From Raillietiella orientalis (taxonomy: Eukaryota), in the NCBI GenBank assembly GCA_036172245.1, contig JAYWIR010000082.1:62001-126000 (forward strand): a DNA stretch of 64,000 nucleotides, given 5' to 3'. The first letter of the stretch is position 1, and the number at the start of each line of letters is the position of its first letter. This document shows positions 52,233-64,000 of this stretch, in pieces. The notes beneath the pieces were generated by a model. That model was not told the origin of the DNA. It saw only the letters and a program-made list of their open reading frames with translations, and did not search any database. The translations under genes were made by a program, and so were the position numbers.

Positions 52233-55200
52233 ATGCCTAAACCAAAAGCAGCAGAGGAGCAAGATAAACTTACTAGAATAGCAATTGTAAGTTCTGATAA
52301 GTGCAAACCCAAAAGGTGCAGGCAAGAATGCAAAAAATCATGCCCTGTTGTAAGAATGGGGAAATTATGTATTGAGGTGACACCTAATGATAAAATTGCA
52401 GTTATATCCGAAGAGCTATGCATTGGTTGTGGAATTTGCGTAAAGGTCAGTTTTTACATAACAAGAAAGTGTGATATCTATCTACTGTTTTTCGAGATCG
52501 CAGTTTAGAACTTAATTTGTGTGATCGACAGTAAACAGCGTTTATTCAGTGTATATTCTCTAGTGTTGTATTTTGCTTAATTCTTGATTGTATATGTGTG
52601 AGTATTAGGAACAATATTTGATTTCCAGTGAGCTGTATCTAATTTTTGTATATTATTCAGGTTATTTTCACCCAAAATTAGCTTACACCAAAAATGTGCC
52701 AATGGAAGGATTTCGGATGAATTATCAGAATTAGTGTTCATTTGTTGGAGGGTCTTTATGATGCCTTTCAAAATTACTTGTCACAAACACAGTTAACCTT
52801 TAAAAGCAAATTAATTTGAAGTAACTTCAGATATTAAATTGCATGAATTTAATGATGTAACATTCATAGGGATATAAAATTCACTCATGCAATTTTTCCT
52901 AATAAATGTGTATTTAACAATAAAGCAGTATTAATTTCAAACAAAAGGTGATATCAAATAATGAAATTTTACCCAAATCTGTGTCCCTCAACTGCTTGTA
53001 TAAAATTCTTGAATTTTGCCTCAGTAATCATTCAAAACTACTAAGTTCATCATGTAAAACAATTTGTGTTTAACCACAGTTATAAGTGTGATTCCCTCTG
53101 GAATGTGTGATTCTTATTTCTCACGGCATTCTAACAATTGCATCTTTCATGGTGACAGAAATACTAAAATGGTTCTCTACTCAGAGAAATAGAAAATTAG
53201 ATTTTCGGTACAGTCATGTTATCACATTTATGCTGCATATTGCACAGAAGGGGCAGGATTGTGCTGCCCAATAATGCTCTCTAATCTGGATCGTAATGCT
53301 TTTGTCATTGATAGGTGAAATGGCTTTTTTATGTTTATTATGAAATCCAAAGCTGACATTATTTTATTATGAACTTTATAAACATGACTAAATATTTTCC
53401 TGTTCAGCATGTTTTTCATAATTAAAGCAACTCATTTATAGCTTTTTCTAGAGAGAAATAAAATATTGTAACAAATTTTTTGTTCCCTGCTGTACTTGGT
53501 ATGTTTTATGAGGAACCAAAGTATGATTCCTTTTTTAGGACATGGATTAGGGCATAAAAACGATCCACTTGTTAATCTTTTTATGTGCACATATGTGTGC
53601 ATGTTTCAAGATTGTATTTGTTTTTTTTTTACCAATTTTTTTTTTTTATCTGATGTTTCTGCTTTTTTGGTTTATTCATATTTCAGTGTACATTCACATG
53701 TTGTTATTTTGTCTAGTGTTTTATTTTGTTTTTAAGAATGTGATGCTCATATCTTGATCTTTCATTTATGCTTGTGCAGTATTGCTTTATTCAGTTTAAA
53801 CATTTTTACTTTTACATATGAAAATATCATTTTAGCCATGCACTATCTATTCTAAGGTCTTCATTAGGTTTATCAGACTATATGTGAGAAGTTTTATGTG
53901 GCATTATTTATTTACCTTGCTGTTAAAGTAGAATTTGAAATTAGAATCCCTATTTTACTCAGAATTGGGACCAGTGAAAACCAGTTTTTCTCAGTCTTAT
54001 TACTTTTAGTAACCAAGAATTCATTGTGATTGAAATGAAATTGTGTTAGTTTAAGTCAGTGATCCAAGAGCAGTCATATGTTCAGATGCTGTCATGTAAA
54101 TGTTGCGTTTTTGTTTTTGTTTTGTTGAGCCACCAATTGTTTCTAGGAAACACGTAGATACTAGGAAAAACTTCGATTACTTATGTATCTAAGTGTTTGT
54201 AGATAATTATTCAAACATTCTCATTTTAAGATAGTAATCAGAATTGTCATAATCAAAATTACCTTATTATAGTGCAGGATTGTGTTTTTATATCTGCTTT
54301 ATAGATCATCAGTAGTTTAAAAACCAGTAAGGAACTTTAATCTGGCATGTTATACATGAGTGCTTATGACAAGTAATTACATGACATTTCTTTAACAATT
54401 CTGTGATTATAAGTTTCAAACGTATAATCGTTGCATAACTTATTTGACACTAGTCAACAGCTTATTAATGATTTCCATCTTTTGAATTGTTTAAAAAGAA
54501 CTTTCTGTAAAGTTGTTGACTTTTAATTGTAGATACTGTTGATTCTGTTATCATTGTAGATGACTTTTCATGTTTGCATCATAGCAAGCTGAACAAGCAT
54601 TTGTATTAGCATTATTCTGTAGACACCAGAAGTACTTTTCGGGAATTATTCAATCTGATGCTTGGAGCAAATTGTCTTGTTATTTTTGATAGGTTTATCT
54701 TATCAGATCCTAGCATTTTATTTAGTCAAAAAATGCTAGTATTTAATAAAGTAATTGTAAATGTTGCAAAAGCTACTTATAATTTGTTTTGTTCCCTATA
54801 AGAGCTTTTTCTTTATTATTTTTTCAATTTATTACAAAAAGCTTAATATAAAAAAGTGGGTTATCAATGGGAACTAAGCTTTATTAGAGATGTGTTAGAT
54901 TTTTTTGCAGAGGATGGTTTATCAAGCTTTTTAATGCATTTGTTGAATAAATTGGAATTAGTGCATTAATTCTGTTTCAAAACTTAGCAAATTTTCAAAA
55001 TTTTTGAATTTTTAGGAGGGAGTAAATTTTTATGTTAATATTTCTGCTGAATTTATTATTGTTCTCTAGCTTGGCTAGTTTTGCATATTTCCACAATTCT
55101 ACTCTTCAAGTCTGTTCTATCTAGTCATCTTTTCTTTTGAGCTTTGTTAGTGCAAACTTCATTTGTCTGCATTGATTTTTGAGTTAATGTGAATGTTTTT

Positions 55201-57639
55201 ACGATGATTTTTTTTACAGTAACATGACTTTGATTATGAAGTGAAGTATGCACAGTCTTCTACATAAGTTGGATAGACCAAAAATTTCTTTTGAAGATAG
55301 ACTGTAACAGAAGGCAAATCCTTTTTTGGTGGCTTACAGAATCTCCTATGCATACATTGTGAATTATTAAGAGACAGGTTGAGATAAAAAGATCTTAGGA
55401 AATGAAAAATTTTGTTTTAAAAACTTTTGGATTAAAGTTATCTGTTTCCTTTCTGTGATGCCTCCTTGTAACGTTTATCAAAGAAATATGCTTTAATCAC
55501 AGAGTAAAATTTTTTTTAAAGCGATGCTTGTTAATTTCTATTGAAAATTGAAATCATTAAAAACTAGCATGTCATGTGTGTGTGTGTGTGTGTGTGTGTT
55601 TTGATCATGGCTAAGTATATCGTCAATCATTTTAGAAATGTCCCTTTGAAGCCATCACAATCATCAATTTGCCAAGCAATCTTGAAAAAGACACCACTCA
55701 TCGTTATTCTCAAAACTCTTTCAAACTGCATCGTTTGCCTATCCCACGCCCAGGAGAAGTCTTAGGATTAGTGGGCACAAATGGGATTGGAAAATCTACT
55801 GCTCTCAAAATTTTGGCTGGAAAATTGAAGCCAAACTTAGGCAGATATAGTGTGAGCAAAAAATTCAGCATTTTGATATCCTCTGTTGCGTATAGGATCC
55901 TCCAGACTGGACAGAAATTTTGACTTATTTCAGAGGGTCAGAGCTTCAGAATTATTTTACAAAAATTCTCGAAGATCATCTGAAAGCCCTGATCAAACCA
56001 CAATATGTTGATCAGATTCCCAAAGCAGTCAAAGGATCTGTACAGCAACTGCTTAACAAAAAGGATGAACAAAAAAACCAGGATGAGGTGTGCAGCTTAT
56101 TGGGTAGGCTTAGCTACTGATGCTAGGTTTGCATGAAATGGGATTCGAGTTTGCCGAGTTGGTTCCTAAGATATCTTTTTGTAGATCTGCAGAATGTCAA
56201 AGATCGCCAGATAGAGGATTTGTCAGGAGGAGAATTACAGCGATTTGCTTGTGCCATGGTATGCATCCAGCAGGCCAACATTTTCATGTTTGATGAGCCT
56301 TCTAGCTATTTAGATGTAAAGCAACGTCTGAATGCAGCAGTAGCTATTCGTTCCCTTAGTGGTGTAGATAGGTATTTGGCTTTTTTCCCATGCTTGTATA
56401 TTGTTTGTAGGTATGTTATTGTAGTGGAACACGACCTTTCTGTGTTGGACTATTTGTCTGATTTCATTTGCTGTTTATATGGAGTTCCTGGTGTATATGG
56501 AGTAGTCACCATGCCATTCTCTGTGCGAGAAGGTGAGAACAAACATTGCAATACTGATCAGTGGCTTGCATCCAGGCATCAACATCTTTTTGGACGGTTT
56601 TGTGCCTACAGAAAATTTGCGTTTCCGAGAAGATGCTCTTGTCTTTAAGGTGGCAGAATCAGCTACCGAAGAAGAAGTGAAACGCATGTGTCGTTATACC
56701 TATCCTTCCATGTCTAAACATATGGGCGATTTCCATTTATCAGTGAATGAAGGAACATTTAGTGATTCAGAAATTATTGTCCTATTAGGCGAGAATGGAT
56801 CAGGCAAAACTACTCTTATCCGGATGATGGCTGGTAATTTGAAACCTGATGAAGGTTCTGGTAAGAAATTCTATGGGAGAAGGCTTGTTTTTAACGTTTC
56901 CGCTTTCTACTAGGGGAGATTCCACAACTAAATATTAGTTATAAACCTCAGAAAATCAGTCCCAAATCTGTCTGCACAGTGAGACAACTTCTGCATGAAA
57001 AAATTCGAGATGCGTACATCCATCCTCAGGTGAAAAAATAAACTTTAACGTTTCATAAATGTGTTCTGCTGCAGTTCGTTACTGATGTTATGAAACCACT
57101 TAAGATCGATGACATTATTGATCAAGAGGTGCAGAATTTGTCTGGTGGGGAACTCCAGAGACTTGCATTGGCTCTGTGTTTGGGAAAACCAGCTGATGTT
57201 TATCTTATTGATGAACCATCTGCCTACCTAGATTCAGAACAGCGTCTTGTTGCTGCACGTGTTATCAAAAGGTAACCAGCATAAGATCTGGCGTGTCTTA
57301 GGCTTGTAGATTCATTTTGCATGCCAAGAAGACAGGGTTTGTAGTGGAGCATGATTTCATCATGGCGACCTATCTAGCTGATCGGGTGATAGTATTTGAA
57401 GGCACACCATCAGTGGAGACTGTGGCTTGTTCTCCACAAACTCTGCTCAATGGAATGAACAAATTTTTGGAACAGTTGCAAATTACTTTCAGACGGGACC
57501 CCAATAACTTTCGTCCCCGTATCAATAAGCTTAATTCTGTAAAGGTAAGGTGTAATCCTAACTGTGAATCTGAATAAAATTCCCTTGTTAGGATTGTGAA
57601 CAGAAGAAATCAGGAAATTTCTTTTTCCTAGAGGATTGA
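52233..57639 (+). CDS. ABCE1: ABCE1 / RNase L inhibitor (pixie), 10 coding exons (52233-52445, 55636-55851, 55896-56103, 56185-56371, 56411-56532, 56576-56860, 56914-57029, 57075-57271, 57310-57544, 57592-57639), 608 aa
   Basis: FeS domain [27 protein letters not shown]; Walker A GTNGIGKS and [16 protein letters not shown] twice; [24 protein letters not shown]; exon sum 1827 nt is in frame. Confidence 0.97.
55575..55599. repeat. (TG)n microsatellite
   Basis: TG run in ABCE1 intron 1, just upstream of exon 2. Confidence 0.9.
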
Positions 57640-57855
57640 TTTCTACAATAAAGATTCCAGGACAAGTTGTTTTTATTGCAGTGCACCCGTTGGCACGGCC
57701 CAGAAAGGCCGGAGGGGCACAAAGCAATTGTTTTTCTAGTATTTACTTTGGGACCATCTTTTCAGGTGTTTGGTGTTCTGCTTTTCCCAACTTTCTGCCA
57801 TTAGTTGCTTCACAAGAGGACTTGCTACTGGTAGGAAGTTAAATGTCTTTATTGG

Positions 57856-60800
57856 TCAAAGAGGGGAGGGATGGAGGGCCCATGTATGCTTGATCATATC
57901 AGCTGCCTTCTCAGCTATCATGATGACAGGTGCATTGGTATTGCCAGAAACTATGCTTGGCATAATGGAACAATCTGCTACTCGCAATCTGTGTACTCCA
58001 TGCACCCTGTGCGTATTTCATAAGTGACCAAATGCTCTTCCTTTTACCGTAATTCCGGGTCCACAACAGTGCTTGCATCCCATCTAGGTCCCATTTTGGC
58101 TGTACCACAGGGGTGGTAAATAGTGGAAGTGTAATGATGAGTCAGACATTGCAGATAGGCATCAGAAAGAAACTGATAGCCTTCACAACCTGGGAAAGGC
58201 TTGGAATACAATTGAGTACCATATTTTTGGAATGCTTTGGTCTGAGACATAGTCAGCACAAGCTTTAAACCTGAGTGTGCAACAAAGGATGAGAAATCTC
58301 TGTTCCATCCAGCCATTACCATCAACCAGAACTTTGACATCATCTGGATGTTTGAGATAGTTTGGGATGATGCAGGGATGTACATAAGGATCACTGCTGC
58401 GCAACTCCAAATATCCTATACTTTTTGGTCGCAGAAGTGTTGGGAATGCTGACCAGGACTCTTGGAAAGCAATAGGCTTGTAGTACTGGTCCCACACCTC
58501 ATCCCTTAATCCTTGCATCACCTTAATCACTCTTCCTCCGTCTGATGCAGGAGTTGCAGAGACAAAATGGAATTGCATGTCTGGAAAATCCTGGGAGGGA
58601 TTGGCATAACGTGTATTTACGAATGCCAGTCCTTCAACTCCACCCAGTGTTGTGAGAGGACCTCCATTATTAAATGCGTACTGCAGAAGGGTAGAGGGTG
58701 TTTCTAAGCGCTTTTGTAATAGGGAAACCGATTGATTGACGAGAAATGTCAAGCCTCCTATGCCGATGTGATCTTGCAGATTCCTCCCTACTTGCAAGTT
58801 TTTCTTTACTGGAATCTACCTTTTTTTTTAGGATGACACATTTTATATGTTTGTTACCCCTATTGACGATAGATGATGTTGTGGTCCTATTCCGGAAAGC
58901 ATAAGCAGTTGAGCAGATCCAATGCTTCCTGCTGATAGAATTACTTCGCGTTTGGCGAAAACGCGACGAATCTTGTTTTTCCTCTCATATTGTACTCCAT
59001 ATGCCACATTGTTTGACCCAATCAGGACCTACGGTATTATCATTTTATTTCTGTGATTGTAGGCAGAAATGAATGCTAATCCTGGATCCAGCAACTCGAA
59101 TCTGGAAAATCTGGCACCTATCATCATCAAACGAGTGACGCGAGAACTACAAGAACTTATCAGTAATCCACCGGAGGGGATTCGTGTTGAAGTGAGTGAG
59201 TCGGATGTTACGGATATCCAGGCTTGGATCAATGGTCCTGATGGAACCCCTTATAATGGAGGAATTTTTAGACTCCGACTTGTCTTAGGCAAAGATTTTC
59301 CTCAGTGCCCTCCCAAAGGATATTTTATTACCAAAATTTTCCATCCCAACGTGGCCAGTAACGGTGAAATTTGTGTGAACACGTTAAAGCAAGATTGGAC
59401 GCCCACCACCGGTATCCGACAGATTCTTTTGGTCATAAGATGTTTGCTCATCATGCCCAATCCCGAATCGGCACTAAACGAAGAAGCCGGCAAGCTTTTA
59501 CTCGAACGATATGATGACTATTACTCGCGCGCAAAAATGGTCACGGAGATCCATGCGTTTCCCCGACCCACGGATGAACCTGCCGTCAAAAAGCAATCGT
59601 TTCTCGACACCAAAGATGTGCATGTGGACAAGAGACGTCCTTTCAAAGATAAAAAGAAAACGCTGAAGCGCTTGTGAATCTGTACAGGTTATTAAAAAAA
59701 AAAAAAAAAATTTCCTCGTGTTGTGCAGGCAATAAATATGAATTTTCATGTGTTAACTTACTCTGTGGACGTGAGCTCCTTGCGTTATGTGCAGATTCCG
59801 CCTTTTGCTTGCAGGTATTAAGAACGCTCTTGCAGTGGAACAGCGAGATCCCTTGCGTACTGTGCCTTGTGGAGTAGAGAAACCTAAAACCGAGCAATAA
59901 ATCTGTTTTAGAATATGCACCGTTTACCCGTCTGAGTATGACCGTTAGCGTCGATTATATCGTATCCCATCTCTTTACCAGCTTTAAGAAAAGCCTTTGC
60001 TAAAGGAGAGTGCCACGCTGCTTCTTTTACGGTCAGTAAACCTCCCGTTCCATGATATTTTTCTAAGTTGCAATTTTAAACAGAGCTGTATTTTCAAAAT
60101 GAGCGTACTATTCTTGGCCAGTTGAGGATTGCGGTTGTCCTCTGATTTTATGAAATACGGCAATACATCATCATAGCTCCATCCGTAATTTCCAGCCGCC
60201 GCCCAATTGTCATAGTCTTTTTTATTGCCTCGTATATAAAGCATGAAATTTAAAACACTGCTACCGCCAAGCACTTTCCCTCTTGGCCAGTTGCAAGACT
60301 AAAAGAAAACAGATTTCAGAAATTTCAATGCATTTTGTGTGCCTTGGAAGAGAATGTGCCAGACGGGCGCTACTACTTTCATGGGACATTTATCCAAGGG
60401 ACATTTCGAGGATTCGTCTTGGAAAACCGATCTCGGAACTTTTTTTTTTTTTTGCACTTGCAACCATCCCGTGTTCGTGTACGGAGTGGTTGCAAGCAGC
60501 AAAAGCACGCAGTTCGTGATCCCACAAGTAAAATATATAGTAGTTCACGGGCATACTGAATCATAGGCTCTAACATTTTCATTGACGAGTGTTTTTGTTT
60601 CGTTCGTCGTGTGTTTGCACCGCCTCTTCGAGCAAACTGTGGCGCTCCTCGTGGAACGTAGAAGGAATGGCTTAATCCACAGAGAGGGTGATGGAAACGA
60701 AAGTGTCGTCTTCTTCGTCACTCTGCAGATTGAATGTCAGTTTAATGTAAGCGACGCAGGGATTCGTGATGCAACTTTCCACGTGGGTTGCAAGCGACGT

Positions 60801-61552
60801 GCCAAAAAAGTCTCGGGACGCAAGTCCAAGAACGAAAAGAAAATGCCCCCCGAAAATCCCTCCTGATCGTGCGGGTGGTGTCTTGATAGCAAAGGACACC
60901 AACCAAGTCAGAAAACGCCAAACGCCTCACATATTCACAAGTCGAGATTCCTTGTTTTTCACACGCGTGTCAATTAAATCGTTACCAGGTTTAGAATCCT
61001 AAAGATTGCATCCGAAAACAGTCCGGGCTCTAATCTATGCTATCACATACCTGATTGATCATTGCCTGGCATGCGGACGGTTGAGGCTCCGTTTTGTATT
61101 TCCAATCGAATTTTCCCAGCTGAAGAAAACTAGCGAGAGCAGGGATGTCTGAGACTTCCGTCTCCTGATACCCGGCTTCCAGTAAGAGGACACTAACTCT
61201 AGGATCTTCCGAAAGCCGTGATGCAAGCACTGCTCCAGCAGAGCCACCGCCAACTTTCGGAAAACAATAAATGATTGAAGATGGCAACCATGAAACAGTT
61301 GCGTTCGTAAACGTTTGTACATTGGCAACAGTTTCAGAACTTTTGTTCAGGGAATATCAGTATCTTACCTACAATAAAATCGTACGTCTTCAGCGGATTT
61401 GCCGTGTCGGGAATACGCAACTCTGGATTACCGGAATCTTTTGTTATCCTGATGAGTAGCAGCCAGGGAAGAAAAATTGGCATGAACCAAGCATGTGCTC
61501 CTAAACCAAGAGAACGAGATACCGCAATCGCACCAAGATCACTCCCTATCAT
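57856..61552 (-). CDS. GMC oxidoreductase (glucose dehydrogenase [FAD]-like), 9 exons (61552-61369, 61253-61051, 60298-60109, 60062-59928, 59883-59762, 59028-58858, 58815-58320, 58270-58048, 58006-57856), 624 aa
   Basis: [80 protein letters not shown]; exon sum 1875 nt is in frame. Confidence 0.95.
59069..59677 (+). CDS. UBE2S: Ubiquitin-conjugating enzyme E2 S, intronless CDS nested antisense in GMC intron 5 (59029-59761)
   Basis: [60 protein letters not shown]; basic C-terminal KKKTLKRL typical of UBE2S. Confidence 0.93.
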   Translation: MNANPGSSNSNLENLAPIIIKRVTRELQELISNPPEGIRVEVSESDVTDIQAWINGPDGTPYNGGIFRLRLVLGKDFPQCPPKGYFITKIFHPNVASNGEICVNTLKQDWTPTTGIRQILLVIRCLLIMPNPESALNEEAGKLLLERYDDYYSRAKMVTEIHAFPRPTDEPAVKKQSFLDTKDVHVDKRRPFKDKKKTLKRL

Positions 61553-63479
61553 TTTTTTTCTGTACAATCTGTATCTTATTCTCTCTAAATCACCACTAAG
61601 TCATAGATTGGATTTTCTTGTCTTTTGAAAAGCTGACCTTACTTTCATTATCTGACCTATTTAAGCGATATTAAGAAAAGGTGAAGTCGAAGTAAAGTCC
61701 TTTTCTCTTTCGTAATGGTCTTCATGACGGACCTCCAAAATGTAATGTAAAATGATAATTTACACGGCGTTTAATACGGTGTCTGCACGGCGATTTTCTT
61801 GAGCAAAACCGAAAATTTTCATTCAAAGTCTGCAAGTTTTCGGGCGCTTCGAGCATCGACTATCGTTCATTTAGTGGAGTTGTACTGAGCAACGTTTCTC
61901 TACTGCTTTCTTCCAAACTTAACAAGGTTTAGCCATTACAATCATCATCATCCATGACTTCTGATTCCTAGGTGGATTTGTTAGTTTGAATTTTCTTTTG
62001 CTTTTGCACTATAATGATGGCATTTCGAAAGGTGAAATGCTGAAAAGACAGTAATGGTTTCCGATCACAAAAAGCAACTAAGATTTTAGGTGTTCCTGTA
62101 AGAAGTCTTTTTCCTTTCCCCTTAAAAACATTTTTCCATTTTTGATTTCTATTATTTTCGTTTATGATGGTTTTGAATGTGAAGGGTTATTGCCGTCATC
62201 ATTTTCAGGAGAAATACTTTTCGTTCGAATTTCTGTAACTGTATTGCATAAGGTTCTTGCTAAGTCGTCTGACGTAACTCCTGAAAGCATCTTAGAAATG
62301 AAAATTTCACGTTTTGTTTTTCAAACAGATGCCACCAAACTGTCATCCATGAAACTGGAAAGAGATCACTGCTCGGGAGATGATTGGAGCAAAGGTCGCC
62401 GGAGGGATAAGGTCATAAAAAAAAAGCTTAGCAATAGGGTGTACCGAAAAGGTCATAGTTGTGCTACTAACCTCATTTGAATATGCCTGGATCTCACACG
62501 TAATTTCCGATACATATCTTTGATACTTTCGACATGTGTCACTTAAATGTACAGTGTAAATGGATTACATTGCAATTACCGGACTTGACTGATAGCAATC
62601 ATTCATGTCAATTTTTAAGTCAAAATGCTGGGAATTAGTCAGAGAGAGTTGTTTTCTTTTTTTAGAATGATGCGAAACTGTAATGTCTCGTAACATTTCA
62701 TATTGTCTACGAAGAGCGAAATCTTGAATAAACAACAGGCAGAGATCCATAGCTTCGAAAACAAGTTCATTCCCCTCCCCTCCCCTCCCCCCCATTTTTT
62801 CATTTTAATGGAAGCAGAGATTCATACACAGAAGTATTAGTTACGTTACAGTAATGAAATTCAGCAGCCGTAAAAGAAATCAGGAACAATAAAAGATTGT
62901 ATTAGCCAGACTGATGCGAGCCTTTCTCTTTCCTATGCATCATCGAAAGATGTGTTGTAAACATCAGGCTCGAAAGTCGATTTGCTGGTATTTAAAAAGC
63001 AGTTTCCCCCCCCCCCCATGTGTAAGGGTCTTCTGAGGAAAAGAGGTATAAGAGGACACTTTCCATTACAAATAAATACAAACTAAGGTGGCAGGAGTAT
63101 GGTTCCCACATACTGGAAATTGCATGGAACTTCCTTCGAGAAACTACTTGTGAGCCATAAGTTATTCGCGATCAGAGTATTGCGTTTGCTAATTTGCTTT
63201 CAGTAGCGTCATAGTTTTTATTTATTCGTTTGTTGATGGACAAGGATCTGGATATCTATGTTTCCCCTTTTTCTTTCTCTTCCTTCCTTTTTTTCTTCAA
63301 TCGTCCTCAAGTGTTTGAAAACCAATGAGAGTCAGACAACTGGAAACTAATCTTGAAAACGGAAACAACGACCCACAGCGATTACAGTTTCACGTTTTCG
63401 AAGTGCCTTTTGCTTTATTTTCATCATTTTGATGAACTCATTTAAATGATCGCTTTTAAAAGGTCATGGCTTAGCGTTC

Positions 63480-63810
63480 GACAAGTGGCACGATTTTGAG
63501 CAGCACCATATTCGTTTCCTGAATTTGTTTTTGTGTGCAATTTCTACTCTAAAAGGCCGGAGCAGGATGAGCCTTCACGGGCAGCCCCAGGATTTGCTCA
63601 ACGGTGGCGTCTTCCGCGTTAAGGAGGAGGATTGCTGCCTGCTTGTTGGATGACGAGTTTGTGCCGAAAAGCCGGATTCTTCTACGGGTTCCGTATGTTC
63701 CTGGAAGACCTAGAATCAATCTCCCTGACTGAGATGGATCCGCACTGATGCGTTAGGAAGTCATCAAAAGGGATAAAAGCAACGGTGGAGTTGGGTTAGT
63801 TCAACCTTGC
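63480..63810 (+). mobile_element. Degenerate LINE post-RT fragment
   Basis: RMSLHG, PGRPRI, KRDKSNGGVGL resemble the L1-type LSLxGR and RPKxEGGLG motifs. Confidence 0.4.
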
Positions 63811-64000
63811 ATCCATCCATCAAGTTCTCCCTTCTCCCCCCCCCCCCCACACACACACACACACTAAGTGAATCTTGAGTAATAACATCGGATGTTGAGA
63901 ATAAAACGTCGGGGCAATTGCGAATTTAGACATGGAAGACACAAATAAGCAATGGCGAAGAGCTAACCTCGTAAAATCGGAATACAAATCCTTGTACAAA

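Noticed and set aside
1..64000. Prokaryotic systems (CRISPR, retron, DGR, operons)
   Set aside because: Spliceosomal introns and LINE-type RTs show eukaryotic DNA; repeats are dispersed, not arrayed. Only the Ank-PRANC segment looks bacterial.

Overview
This is eukaryotic nuclear DNA, most likely from an arthropod (insect-type GMC oxidoreductase, Sufu, ABCE1 and a Wolbachia-like insert). Bases 1-36 kb are a GC-richer graveyard of nested non-LTR retrotransposons: two L1/Tx1-clade families ('A', ending AATAAA-TTTACCCCAC...GGGG; 'B', ending AATAAA-CGCCCCGG...CCGGGTG) and one NeSL/Utopia-like RLE element. Embedded among them are a frameshifted Wolbachia-type ankyrin-PRANC gene, an intron-bearing mRpS30 pseudogene and an intact 7-exon Suppressor of fused gene. 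Bases 36-52 kb are AT-rich, with a U2 snRNA fragment, a perfect palindrome, decayed TE remnants and a small spliced orphan ORF. Bases 52-62 kb hold ABCE1 (+) tail-to-tail with a GMC/glucose dehydrogenase gene (-), whose fifth intron is almost filled by an intronless antisense UBE2S. Most notable: a covarying multi-hairpin 3' RNA module in about 9 family-B copies, the nested UBE2S with an orphan splice acceptor, the Wolbachia-like transfer, pervasive 38-49 nt introns and a Sufu lacking most of its disordered regulatory loop. All calls come from reading motifs by eye; no searches were run.
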